This document shows positions 40,830 to 53,845 of a DNA stretch of 64,000 nt, one piece after another; position 1 is the first letter of the stretch; every line of letters starts with the position of its first letter. The translations under genes and the position numbers were made by a program. The notes under the pieces are model-generated. The model had not been told where the DNA came from and ran no database searches. It worked only from the letters and a program-made list of their open reading frames with translations. Source of the DNA: Lytechinus pictus (taxonomy: Eukaryota). The stretch is taken from positions 19,408,001 through 19,472,000 of the forward strand of contig NC_087245.1 in NCBI RefSeq assembly GCF_037042905.1. The letters run 5' to 3'.

Positions 40830-41325
40830 AGGGAAAGTTCACCCTGACAAAAAGTTTATTGTAGAAATAACAGAAAAAATGATAAAGAATATTGCCGAAG
40901 GCTTGAAAAAAAATCCATCAAAGAATAAAAAAAAAGTTATTAGAATTTTAATCTTACGATTTGTGACGTCATATGCGAACAGCTTTCCTACATATGGTAT
41001 GGAAAAATTCATTGAAATGTCATTTTCTCAAAAAATTGAAAATGGTTTTCTCTATAAGTTCAGCATATCAATAGACAAAACATATTTCACACCCATTCTT
41101 AAAAGGAAAACAAAAATAAGTCACCACAAACCATTAAAAAATTGAAATTTATGCATTTTATATTACATAAAAAATGTGGCATCTGCTCGTTTATTACCTC
41201 ACGAATCCCAAACTTAAAATTTTAATAAATTTCTTAATATTGAATGGATTTTCCTCAAGCGTTTACCAATATTTTTTTTTTCTGCTATTTTTACAACAAA
41301 CTTTTCTCCAGGGTGAACTTCCCCT
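40830..41325. mobile_element. MITE with TTAA target duplication (Kolobok/T2-type)
   Basis: TTAA|AGGGAAAGTTCACCCTG ... CAGGGTGAACTTCCCCT|TTAA. Confidence 0.8.
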
Positions 41326-41821
41326 TTAATGAACAGCTCCATAGTTTTTTTTTTCAGTAGTATTCTTCGTAATTATCCTGGTTGTAATCCTTCTACTGTC
41401 TCACAATTGGCTAGATTATAATAATTTCACTTCTATGTCAGTGATTCAATTGTTTGGGCAGTGGTGTATCTTGGGCCCAGGGCATGGGGGCTGCAGTAGC
41501 GTTAAAAACTATCTTGAGCATGATAACAATTGAATATTTTAGAAAATATTTTAAATCCCCGTGTCTGCCAGATATGATTCTAGTAAAAAAAAAATCCCCT
41601 TTAAATCAGAAAGTGAAGCAAGCGACTGACAACAGTTTTTGGTTCAATAGGTGCGTTGACACAAGCCATCCATAGCATTTGACAAATGAGAAACAGGCAA
41701 CTTTAAACAAACCTTAATATTCATATCTAGAGAATCTACATGCTTGGTCAATGAATCTATTTAAACCACATTTTCTTCAAACAAGATTATTTATCATGGC
41801 CTTTTTACAATATAACAATGC

Positions 41822-42240
41822 TATATAACAAATATATGACACCTAGATACATCCTTGTCATTTGATTGGTTGCTCGATATCGATCATTCAGCCCATTTTA
41901 CAATGACGTCATCAACCGTGCAATTTTAGATTCATTCAAAGTGCAATTTTGGATCCATACGATTTTGTCCATTGCACGCGCGCACCCAGACTGCAGGCAC
42001 CACTCGTTTTTGCAGCACGCACAATCAAAAGACCGAGCTCGCACTGCATGAGCATATTTTGCAACGAAATATACATATTTCATAAGAAAAAGAATCTATT
42101 TCTAGGTGTCATATAAACCAAATAATGAATATTTTTTTCATTCGGTGGAAGATGAAATGAATGATCCATGGGTCATTTCATCTTTCACCTCATGAAGTAT
42201 TCTGTTCATTGCACTCATAAACATTTATGATTTGTATAAT
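41822..42240. mobile_element. Probable non-autonomous element with internal inverted repeats (family uncertain)
   Basis: tatatgacacctaga pairs with tctaggtgtcatata about 270 bp away; right-hand hairpin ggtggaagatgaaatga / tcatttcatctttcacc; CpG-rich core. Confidence 0.45.
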
Positions 42241-42297
42241 GTCAGAATTAACTATCACTGCGAATGAGATAACTTTCCACAAGGCAATAGTTTTTAA

Positions 42298-42845
42298 AGG
42301 GGAATGAAACCTTTGGAATAAGCAGGCTTGTGTCGAAACAGAAAAATCAAAGAAAATTTGAGAAAAAACGGACAAATAATAAGAAAGTCATGAGCATTTG
42401 AATATTGCAATCACTAATGCCATAGAGATCCTCCAATTGGCAATGCGACAAGGATGTGTGATGTCACATGTGAACAACTTTCCCTTTGATGGACTATATA
42501 TACTCCCAAAATGTCTCTTTTTGTTTTTTCTTATGGTGATACAAACTCTTTATCCATGATTAATTATTTAAAAATCTGTATTACATGCCCTCCTATAGAA
42601 AGAACACATGATCTACTGATAGTAAAATATATACTAAAGCTATGGTTAGAGTTGTTCACAAGTGACATCACACATCTTTGTCGCATTGCCCATGTGAGGA
42701 TCTCCATAGCATTAGTGATCGCAATATTCAAATGGTCATGACTTTCTCATTATTCATCCGATTTTTCTCAAACTTTCGTTGATCTGTTTCTTAGATTTTT
42801 TCTGTTTTCACACAAGCTATCTTATTCCAAAAGTTTCATTTTCCT
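42298..42845. mobile_element. Long-TIR MITE with TTAA target duplication (Kolobok/T2-type)
   Basis: TTAA|AGGGGAATGAAACCTTTGGAATAAG ... CTTATTCCAAAAGTTTCATTTTCCT|TTAA; inverted arms of about 180 bp. Confidence 0.8.
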
Positions 42846-43078
42846 TTAACTATCACCGCGAATAAGATAGCTTTCCATAAGGCGATAGTTTTCATTCTTT
42901 CACATGAAATGGAAGAGAGAAAAGGAGAGAAACAGCCATGATAAAAGTGAATTTTCTTTCTTCAATATGGATAAAATGACATATTGTGTTCATCAATCAT
43001 ATCAATAGAAGTTAGGAAATATTGAAAATATGGAAATAATTCTAACTGAATATTACATGAGTAGTCAGCAAGCCTTAC

Positions 43079-46000
43079 CTTTGTTTTTTTAATGATGTGT
43101 TGAATAGTAGATTGGTCATCTTCAAATTTCAAAAATACATCGGCAGAATCAGATTTGTATGCAGCAGATTCTTCTTCTTTCTTACGTGCCTCAACAATAT
43201 CAATATGTTGCCTAATGACTTTGTACTGTGTGATGCCTTTCTTACATAAAACGTTTTCATATTCAACAGGTTCAACATTCTTCAGAAGTTGGTAGATTTC
43301 TTCCTCATCCTGTTCTTCCTTAGTCATTGGTTTCTTCTTCTCTCCCGGCATTGTGATTTCAAGGGAGACTTCTCCCATAAGTGCTTCCTCTGGTTTAGTA
43401 GGAGCTATTTCAAGAGTGATTTCAGTTGGTTCAACTTCTTCTGGCTTGACACCCACAATGGTTACAGCCGTCTCCTCAGTAATAACCTCGGTTGGCTGTA
43501 CAGTCACTTCCTCCATCTCGGCCAAGACAGCCTCCTCAGCAAGTTGTTTTGTAACCCTCTCAATATGTTGCCTAATGGTTTTGTACTGTATGATGCCCTT
43601 TTTCCGTAGAACCTTTTCATATTCAACAGGTTCAACATTCTTCAGAAGTTGGTAGATTTCTTCCTCCTCCTCTTCTTCCTTAGTCATAGGTTTCTTTTTC
43701 TCTACTGGCATTTTGATTTCAAGGGATACTTCTCCCGGCACTGCTTCCTTTGGTTTAGTAGGAGCTATTTCAAGAGTGATTTCAGTTGGTTCAACTTCTT
43801 CTGGCTTGACACCAACAATGGTTACAGCCGTCTCCTCAGTAATAACCTCGGTTGGCTGTACAGTCACTTCCTCCATCTCGGCCAAGACAGCCTCCTCAGC
43901 AAGTTGTTTTGTTACCCTCTCAATATGTTGCCTAATGGCTTTGTACTGTATGATGCCCTTTTTACGTAGAACCTTTTCATATTCAACAGGTTCAATATTC
44001 TTCAGAAGTTGGTAGATTTCTTCCTCCTCCTCTTCTTCCTTAGTCATAGGTTTCTTTTTCTCTACTGGCATTTTGATTTCAAGGGATACTTCTCCCGGCA
44101 CTGCTTCCTTTGGTTTAGTAGGAGCTATTTCAAGAGTGATTTCAGTTGGTTCAACTTCTTCTGGCTTGACACCAACTATGGTTACAGCCGTCTCCTCAGT
44201 AATAACCTCGGTTGGCTGTACAGTCACTTCCTCCATCTGGGCCAAGACAGCCTCATCAGCAAGTTGTTTTGTTACCCTTTCAATATGTTGCCTAATGGCT
44301 TTGTACTGTATAATGCCCTTTTTACGTAGAACCTTTTCATATTCAACAGGTTCAACATTCTTCAGAATTTGGTAGATTTCTTCCTGTTCCTCTTCTTCCT
44401 TAGTCATTGGTTTCTTTTTCTCTACTGGCATTTTGATTTCAAGGGAGACTTCTCCCGGCACTGCTTCCTCTGGTTTAGTAGGAGCTATTTCAAGAGTGAT
44501 TTCAGTTGGTTCAACTTCTTCTGGCTTGACACCAACAATGGTTACAGCCGTCTCCTCAGTAATAACCTCGGTTGGCTGTACAGTCACTTCCTCCATCTCA
44601 GCCAAGACAGCCTCCTCAGCAAGTTGTTTTGTAACCCTCTCAATATGTTGCCTAATGGCTTTGTACTGTATGATGCCCTTTTTACGTAGAACCTTTTCAT
44701 ATTCAACAGGTTCAACATTCTTCAGAAGTTGGTAGATTTCTTCCTCCTCCTCTTCTTCCTTAGTCATATGTTTCTTTTTCTCTTCCGGCATTTTGATTTC
44801 AAGGGAGACTTCTCCCATCACTGCTTCCTTTGATTTAGTAGGAGCTATTTCAAGAGTGATTTCAGTTGGTTCAACTTCTTCTGGCTTGACACCAACAATG
44901 GTTACAGCCGTCTCCTCAGTAATAACCTCGGTTGGCTGTACAGTCACTTCCTCCATCTCGGCCAAGACAGCCTCCTCAGCAAGTTGTTTTGTTACCCTTT
45001 CAATATGTTGCCTAATGGCTTTGTACTGTATGATGCCCTTTTTACGTAGAACCTTTTCATATTCAACAGGTTCAACATTCTTCAGAAGTTGGTAGATTTC
45101 TTCCTGTTCCTCTTCTTCCTTAGTCATAGGTTTCTTTTTCTCTACTGGCATTTTCATTTCAAGGGAGACTTCTCCAGGCACTGCTTCCTCTGGTTTAGTA
45201 GGAGCTATTTCAAGAGTGATTTCAGTTGGTTCAACTTCTTCTGGCTTGACACCAACAATGGTTACAGCCGTCTCCTCAGTAATAACCTCGGTTGGCTGTA
45301 CAGTCACTTCCTCCATCTCGGCCAAGACAGCCTCCTCAGCAAGTTGTTTTGTTACCCTCTCAATATGTTGCCTAATGGCTTTGTACTGTATGATGCCCTT
45401 TTTACGTAGAACCTTTTCATATTCAACAGGTTCAACATTCTTCAGAAGTTGGTTGATTTCTTCCTCCTCCTCTTCTTCCTTAGTCATAGGTTTCTTCTTC
45501 TCTACCGGTATTTTGATTTCAAGGGAGACTTCTCCTGGCACTGCTTCCTCTGGTTTAGTAGGAGCTATTTCAAGAGTGATTTCAGTTGGTTCAACTTCTT
45601 CTGGCTTGACACCAACAATGGTTACAGCCGTCTCCTCAGTAATAACCTCGGTTGGCTGTACAGTCACTTCCTCCATCTCGGCCAAGACAGCCTCCTCAGC
45701 AAGTTGTTTTGTTACCCTTTCAATATGTTGCCTAATGGCTTTGTACTGTATGATGCCCTTTTTACGTAGAACCTTTTCATATTCAACAGGTTCAACATTC
45801 TTCAGAAGTTGGTAGATTTCTTCCTGTTTCTCTTCTTCCTTAGTCATAGGTTTCTTTTTCTCTTCCGGCATTTTGATTTCAAGGGAGACTTCTTCCGGTA
45901 CTGCTTCCTCTGGTTTAGTAGGAGCTATTTTAAGAGTGATTTCAGTTGGTTCAACTTCTTCTGGCTTGACACCAACAATGGTTACAGCCGTCTCCTCAGT

Positions 46001-49000
46001 AATAACCTCGGTTGGCTGTACAGTCACTTCCTCCATCTCGGCCAAGACAGCCTCCTCAGCAAGTTGTTTTGTAACCCTTTCAATATGTTGCCTAATGGCT
46101 TTGTACTGTATGATGCCCTTTTTACGTAGAACCTTTTCATATTCAACAGGTTCAACATTCTTCAGAAGTTGGCAGATTTCTTCCTCCTCCTCTTCTTCCT
46201 TAGTCATAGGTTTCTTCTTCTCTACTGGCATTTTGATTTCAAGGGAGACTTCTCCCGGCACTGCTTCCTCTAGTTTAGTAGGAGCTATTTCAAGAGTGAT
46301 TTCAGTTGGTTCAACTTCTTCTGGCTTGACACCAACAATGGTTACAGCCGTCTCCTCAGTAATAACCTCGGTTGGCTGTACAGTCACTTCCTCCATCTCG
46401 GCCAAGACAGCCTCCTCAGCAAGTTGTTTTGTAACCCTTTCAATATGTTGCCTAATGGCTTTGTACTGTATGATGCCCTTTTTACGTAGAACCTTTTCAT
46501 ATTCAACAGGTTCAACATTCTTCAGAAGTTGGTAGATTTCTTCCTGTTCCTCTTCTTCCTTAGTCATAGGTTTCTTCTTCTCTACTGGCATTTTGATTTC
46601 AAGGGAGACTTCTCCCGGCACTGCTTCCTCTGGTTTAGTAGGAGCTATTTCAAGAGTGATTTCAGTTGGTTCAACTTCTTCTGGCTTGACACCAACAATG
46701 GTTACAGCCATCTCCTCAGTAATAACCTCGGTTGGCTGTACAGTCACTTCCTCCATCTCGGCCAAGACAGCCTCCTCAGCAAGTTGTTTTGTAACCCTCT
46801 CAATATGTTGCCTAATGGCTTTGTACTGTATGATGCCCTTTTTACGTAGAACCTTTTCATATTCAACAGGTTCAACATTCTTCAGAAGTTGGTAGATTTC
46901 TTCCTCCTCCTCTTCTTCCTTAGTCATAGGTTTCTTCTTCTCTACCGGCATTTTGATTTCAAGGGAGACTTCTCCCGGCACTGCTTCCTCTGGTTTTGTA
47001 GGAGCTATTTCAAGAGTGATTTCAGTTGGTTCAACTTCTTCTGGCTTGACACCAACAATGGTTACAGCCGTCTCCTCAGTAATAACCTCGGTTGGCTGTA
47101 CAGTCACTTCCTCCATCTCGGCCAAGACAGCCTCCTCAGCAAGTTGTTTTGTAACCCTCTCAATATGTTGCCTAATGGCTTTGTACTGTATGATGCCCTT
47201 TTTACGTAGAACCTTTTCATATTCAACAGGTTCAACATTCTTCAGAAGTTGGTAGATTTCTTCCTCCTCCTCTTCTTCCTTAGTCATAGGTTTCTTCTTC
47301 TCTACCGGCATTTTGATTTCAAGGGAGACTTCTCCCGGCACTGCTTCCTCTGGTTTTGTAGGAGCTATTTCAAGAGTGATTTCAGTTGGTTCAACTTCTT
47401 CTGGCTTGACACCAACAATGATTACAGCCGTCTCCTCAGTAATAACCTCGGTTGGCTGTACAGTCACTTCCTCCATCTCAGCCAAGACAGCCTCCTCAGC
47501 AAGTTGTTTTGTAACCCTCTCAATATGTTGCCTAATGGCTTTGTACTGTATGATGCCCTTTTTACGTAGAACCTTTTCATATTCAACAGGTTCAACATTC
47601 TTCAGAAGTTGGTAGATTTCTTCCTCCTCCTCTTCTTCCTTAGTCATAGGTTTCTTCTTCTCTACTGGCATTTTGATTTCAAGGGAGACTTCTCCTGGCA
47701 CTGCTTCCTCTAGTTTAGTAGGAGCTATTTCAAGAGTGATTTCAGTTGGTTCAACTTCTTCTGGCTTGACACCAACAATGGTTACAGCCGTCTCCTCAGT
47801 AATAACCTCGGTTGGCTGTACAGTCACTTCCTCCATCTCGGCCAAGACAGCCTCCTCAGCAAGTTGTTTTGTAACCCTTTCAATATGTTGCCTAATGGCT
47901 TTGTACTGTATGATACCCTTTTTACGTAGAACCTTTTCATATTCAACAGGTTCAACATTCTTCAGAAGTTGGTAGATTTCTTCCTCCTCCTCTTCTTCCT
48001 TAGTCATAGGTTTCTTCTTCTCTACTGGCATTTTGATTTCAAGGGAGACTTCTCCCGGCACTGCTTCCTCTAGTTTAGTAGGAGCTATTTCAAGAGTGAT
48101 TTCAGTTGGTTCAACTTCTTCTGGCTTGACACCAACAATGGTTACAGCCGTCTCCTCAGTAATAACCTCGGTTGGCTGTACAGTCACTTCCTCCATCTCG
48201 GCCAAGACAGCCTCCTCAGCAAGTTGTTTTGTAACCCTTTCAATATGTTGCCTAATGGCTTTGTACTGTATGATGCCCTTTTTACGTAGAACCTTTTCAT
48301 ATTCAACAGGTTCAACATTCTTCAGAAGTTGGTAGATTTCTTCCTGTTCCTCTTCTTCCTTAGTCATAGGTTTCTTCTTCTCTACTGGCATTTTGATTTC
48401 AAGGGAGACTTCTCCCGGCACTGCTTCCTCTGGTTTAGTAGGAGCTATTTCAAGAGTGATTTCAGTTGGTTCAACTTCTTCTGGCTTGACACCAACAATG
48501 GTTACAGCCATCTCCTCAGTAATAACCTTGGTTGGCTGTACAGTCACTTCCTCCATCTCGGCCAAGACAGCCTCCTCAGCAAGTTGTTTTGTAACCCTTT
48601 CAATATGTTGCCTAATGGCTTTGTACTGTATGATGCCCTTTTTACGTAGAACCTTTTCATACTCAACAGGTTCAACATTCTTCAGAAGTTGGTAGATTTC
48701 TTCCTCCTCCTCTTCTTCCTTAGTCATAGGTTTCTTCTTCTCTACTGGCATTTTGATTTCAAGGGAGACTTCTCCCATCACTGCTTCCTCTGGTTTTATA
48801 GTAGGAGTTATTTCAAGAGTGATTTCAGTTGGTTCAACTTCTTCTGGCTTGACACCAACAATGGTTACAGCCGTCTCCTCAGTAATAACCTCGGTTGGCT
48901 GTACAGTCACTTCCTCCAACTCGGCCAAGACAGCCTCCTCAGCAAGTTGTTTTGTAACCCTTTCAATATGTTGCCTAATGGCTTTGTACTGTATGATGCC

Positions 49001-52000
49001 CTTTTTACGTAGAACCTTTTCATATTCAACAGGTTCAACATTCTTCAGAAGTTGGTAGATTTCCCCCTTCTCCTCTTCTTCCTTAGTCATAGGTTTCTTC
49101 TTCTCTACTGGCATTTTGATTTCAAGGGAGACTTCTCCCGGCACTGCTTCCTCTACTTTAGTAGGAGCTATTTCAAGAGTGATTTCAGTTGGTTCAACTT
49201 CTTCTGGCTTGACACCAGCAATGGTTACAGCCGTCTCCTCAGTAATAACCTCGGTTGGCTGTACAGTCACTTCCTCCATCTCGGCCAAGACAGCCTCCTC
49301 AGCAAGTTGTTTTGTAACCCTCTCAATATGTTGCCTAATGGCTTTGTACTGTATGATGCCCTTTTTACGTAGAACCTTTTCATATTCAACAGGTTCAACA
49401 TTCTTCAGAAGTTGGTAGATTTCTTCCTCCTCCTCTTCTTCCTTAGTCATAGGTTTCTTCTTCTCTACCGGCATTTTGATTTCAAGGGAGACTTCTCCCG
49501 GCACTGCTTCCTCTGGTTTTGTAGGAGCTATTTCAAGAGTGATTTCAGTTGGTTCAACTTCTTCTGGCTTGACACCAACAATGGTTACAGCCGTCTCCTC
49601 AGTAATAACCTCGGTTGGCTGTACAGTCACTTCCTCCATCTCGGCCAAGACAGCCTCCTCAGCAAGTTGTTTTGTAACCCTCTCAATATGTTGCCTAATG
49701 GCTTTGTACTGTATGATGCCCTTTTTACGTAGAACCTTTTCATATTCAACAGGTTCAACATTCTTCAGAAGTTGGTAGATTTCTTCCTCCTCCTCTTCTT
49801 CCTTAGTCATAGGTTTCTTCTTCTCTACTGGCATTTTGATTTCAAGGGAGACTTCTCCTGGCACTGCTTCCTCTAGTTTAGTAGGAGCTATTTCAAGAGT
49901 GATTTCAGTTGGTTCAACTTCTTCTGGCTTGACACCAACAATGGTTACAGCCGTCTCCTCAGTAATAACCTCGGTTGGCTGTACAGTCACTTCCTCCATC
50001 TCGGCCAAGACAGCCTCCTCAGCAAGTTGTTTTGTAACCCTTTCAATATGTTGCCTAATGGCTTTGTACTGTATGATGCCCTTTTTACGTAGAACCTTTT
50101 CATATTCAACAGGTTCAACATTCTTCAGAAGTTGGTAGATTTCTTCCTCCTCCTCTTCTTCCTTAGTCATAGGTTTCTTCTTCTCTACTGGCATTTTGAT
50201 TTCAAGGGAGACTTCTCCCGGCACTGCTTCCTCTAGTTTAGTAGGAGCTATTTCAAGAGTGATTTCAGTTGGTTCAACTTCTTCTGGCTTGACACCAACA
50301 ATGGTTACAGCCGTCTCCTCAGTAATAACCTCGGTTGGCTGTACAGTCACTTCCTCCATCTCGGCCAAGACAGCCTCCTCAGCAAGTTGTTTTGTAACCC
50401 TTTCAATATGTTGCCTAATGGCTTTGTACTGTATGATGCCCTTTTTACGTAGAACCTTTTCATATTCAACAGGTTCAACATTCTTCAGAAGTTGGTAGAT
50501 TTCTTCCTGTTCCTCTTCTTCCTTAGTCATAGGTTTCTTCTTCTCTACTGGCATTTTGATTTCAAGGGAGACTTCTCCCGGCACTGCTTCCTCTGGTTTA
50601 GTAGGAGCTATTTCAAGAGTGATTTCAGTTGGTTCAACTTCTTCTGGCTTGACACCAACAATGGTTACAGCCATCTCCTCAGTAATAACCTCGGTTGGCT
50701 GTACAGTCACTTCCTCCATCTCGGCCAAGACAGCCTCCTCAGTAAGTTGTTTTGTAACCCTCTCAATATGTTGCCTAATGGCTTTGTACTGTATGATGCC
50801 CTTTTTACGTAGAACCTTTTCATATTCAACAGGTTCAACATTCTTCAGAAGTTGGTAGATTTCTTCCTCCTCCTCTTCTTCCTTAGTCATAGGTTTCTTC
50901 TTCTCTACTGGCATTTTGATTTCAAGGGAGACTTCTCCCGGCACTGCTTCCTCTGGTTTAGTAGGAGCTATTTCAAGAGTGATTTCAGTTGGTTTTACTT
51001 CTTCTGGCTTAACACCAACAATGGTTACAGCCGTCTCCTGAGTAATGATCTCGGTTGGCTGTATAGTCACTTCCTCCATCTCGGCCAAGACAGCCTCCTC
51101 AGCAAGTTGTTTTGTAACCCTTTCAATATGTTGCCTAATGGCTTTGTACTGTATGATGCCCTTTTTACGTAGAACCTTTTCATACTCAACAGGTTCAACA
51201 TTCTTCAGAAGTTGGTAGATTTCTTCCTCCTCCTCTTCTTCCTTAGTCATAGGTTTCTTCTTCTCTACTGGCATTTTGATTTCAAGGGAGACTTCTCCTG
51301 GCACTGCTTCCTCTAGTTTAGTAGGAGCTATTTCAAGAGTGATTTCAGTTGGTTCAACTTCTTCTGGCTTGACACCAACAATGGTTACAGCCGTCTCCTC
51401 AGTAATAACCTCTGTTGGCTGTACAGTCACTTCCTCCATCTCGGCCAAGACAGCCTCCTCAGCAAGTTGTTTTGTAACCCTTTCAATATGTTGCCTAATG
51501 GCTTTGTACTGTATGATGCCCTTTTTACGTAGAACCTTTTCATATTCAACAGGTTCAACATTCTTCAGAAGTTGGTAGATTTCTTCCTCCTCCTCTTCTT
51601 CCTTAGTCATAGGTTTCTTCTTCTCTACTGGCATTTTGATTTCAAGGGAGACTTCTCCCGGCACTGCTTCCTCTAGTTTAGTAGGAGCTATTTCAAGAGT
51701 GATTTCAGTTGGTTCAACTTCTTCTGGCTTGACACCAACAATGGTTACAGCCGTCTCCTCAGTAATAACCTCGGTTGGCTGTACAGTCACTTCCTCCATC
51801 TCGGCCAAGACAGCCTCCTCAGCAAGTTGTTTTGTAACCCTTTCAATATGTTGCCTAATGGCTTTGTACTGTATGATGCCCTTTTTACGTAGAACCTTTT
51901 CATATTCAACAGGTTCAACATTCTTCAGAAGTTGGTAGATTTCTTCCTGTTCCTCTTCTTCCTTAGTCATAGGTTTCTTCTTCTCTACTGGCATTTTGAT

Positions 52001-53845
52001 TTCAAGGGAGACTTCTCCCGGCACTGCTTCCTCTGGTTTAGTAGGAGCTATTTCAAGAGTGATTTCAGTTGGTTCAACTTCTTCTGGCTTGACACCAACA
52101 ATGGTTACAGCCATCTCCTCAGTAATAACCTCGGTTGGCTGTACAGTCACTTCCTCCATCTCGGCCAAGACAGCCTCCTCAGTAAGTTGTTTTGTAACCC
52201 TCTCAATATGTTGCCTAATGGCTTTGTACTGTATGATGCCCTTTTTACGTAGAACCTTTTCATATTCAACAGGTTCAACATTCTTCAGAAGTTGGTAGAT
52301 TTCTTCCTCCTCCTCTTCTTCCTTAGTCATAGGTTTCTTCTTCTCTACTGGCATTTTGATTTCAAGGGAGACTTCTCCCGGCACTGCTTCCTCTGGTTTA
52401 GTAGGAGCTATTTCAAGAGTGATTTCAGTTGGTTTTACTTCTTCTGGCTTAACACCAACAATGGTTACAGCCGTCTCCTGAGTAATGATCTCGGTTGGCT
52501 GTATAGTCACTTCCTCCATCTCGGCCAAGACAGCCTCCTCAGCAAGTTGTTTTGTAACCCTTTCAATATGTTGCCTAATGGCTTTGTACTGTATGATGCC
52601 CTTTTTACGTAGAACCTTTTCATACTCAACAGGTTCAACATTCTTCAGAAGTTGGTAGATTTCTTCCTCCTCCTCTTCTTCCTTAGTCATAGGTTTCTTC
52701 TTCTCTACTGGCATTTTGATTTCAAGGGAGACTTCTCCCATCACTGCTTCCTCTGGTTTTATAGTAGGAGCTATTTCAAGAGTGATTTCAGTTGGTTCAA
52801 CTTCTTCTGGCTTGACACCAACAATGGTTACAGCCGTCTCCTCAGTAATAACCTCGGTTAGCTGTACAGTCACTTCCTCCAACTCGGCCAAGACAGCCTC
52901 CTGAGCAAGTTGTTTTGTAACCCTTTCAATATGTTGCCTAATGGCTTTGTACTGTATGATGCCCTTTTTACGTAGAACCTTTTCATATTCAACAGGTTCA
53001 ACATTCTTCAGAAGTTGGTAGATTTCTTCCTTCTCCTCTTCTTCCTTAGTCATAGGTTTCTTCTTCTCTACTGGCATTTTGATTTCAAGGGAGACTTCTC
53101 CCGGCACTGCTTCCTCTACTTTAGTAGGAGCTATTTCAAGAGTGATTTCAGTTGGTTCAACTTCTTCTGGCTTGACACCAGCAATGGTTACAGCCGTCTC
53201 CTCAGTAATAACCTCGGTTGGCTGTACAGTCACTTCCTCCATCTCGGCCAAGACAGCCTCCTCAGCAAGTTGTTTTGTAACCCTTTCAATATGTTGCCTA
53301 ATGGCTTTGTACTGTATGATGCCCTTTTTACGTAGAACCTTTTCATATTCAACAGGTTCAACATTCTTCAGAAGTTGGTAGATTTCTTCCTCCTCCTCTT
53401 CTTCCTTAGTCATAGGTTTCTTCTTCTCTACCGGCATTTTGATTTGAAGGGAGACTTCTCCCGGCACTGCTTCCTCTACTTTAGTAGGAGCTATTTCAAG
53501 AGTGATTTCAGTTGGTTCAACTTCTTCTGGCTTGACACCAACAATGGTTACAGCCGTCTCCTCAGTAATAACCTCGGTTGGCTGTACAGTCACTTCCTCC
53601 ATCTTGGCCAAGACAGCCTCCTCAGCAAGTTGTTTTGTAACCCTTTCAATATGTTGCCTAATGGCTTTGTACTGAATGATGCCCTTTTTACGTAGAACCT
53701 TTTCATAATCAACAGGTTCAACATTCTTCAGAAGTTGGTAGATTTCTTCCTCCTCCTGTTCTTCCTTAGTCATAGGTTTCTTCTTCTCTTCTGGCAGTTT
53801 GATTTCAAGAGAGAATTGCTCAGCAAATTCAGTATCAGGTTTTCC
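43079..53845 (-). CDS. Giant exon B: 10,767 bp, 30 tandem 360-bp (120-aa) units, each a THB motif plus E/V/T/P-rich spacer
   Basis: Uninterrupted ORF; acceptor tttttacag|GGA, donor AAG|gtaagg; phase 0-0; unit core EEIYQLLKNVEPVEYEKVLRKKGIIQYKAIRQHIERVTK. Confidence 0.93.

Noticed and set aside
43289..53695. Dozens of ~100-aa plus-strand ORFs (MVDFF.., MISRET..)
   Set aside because: Antisense shadows of the 360-bp coding unit.
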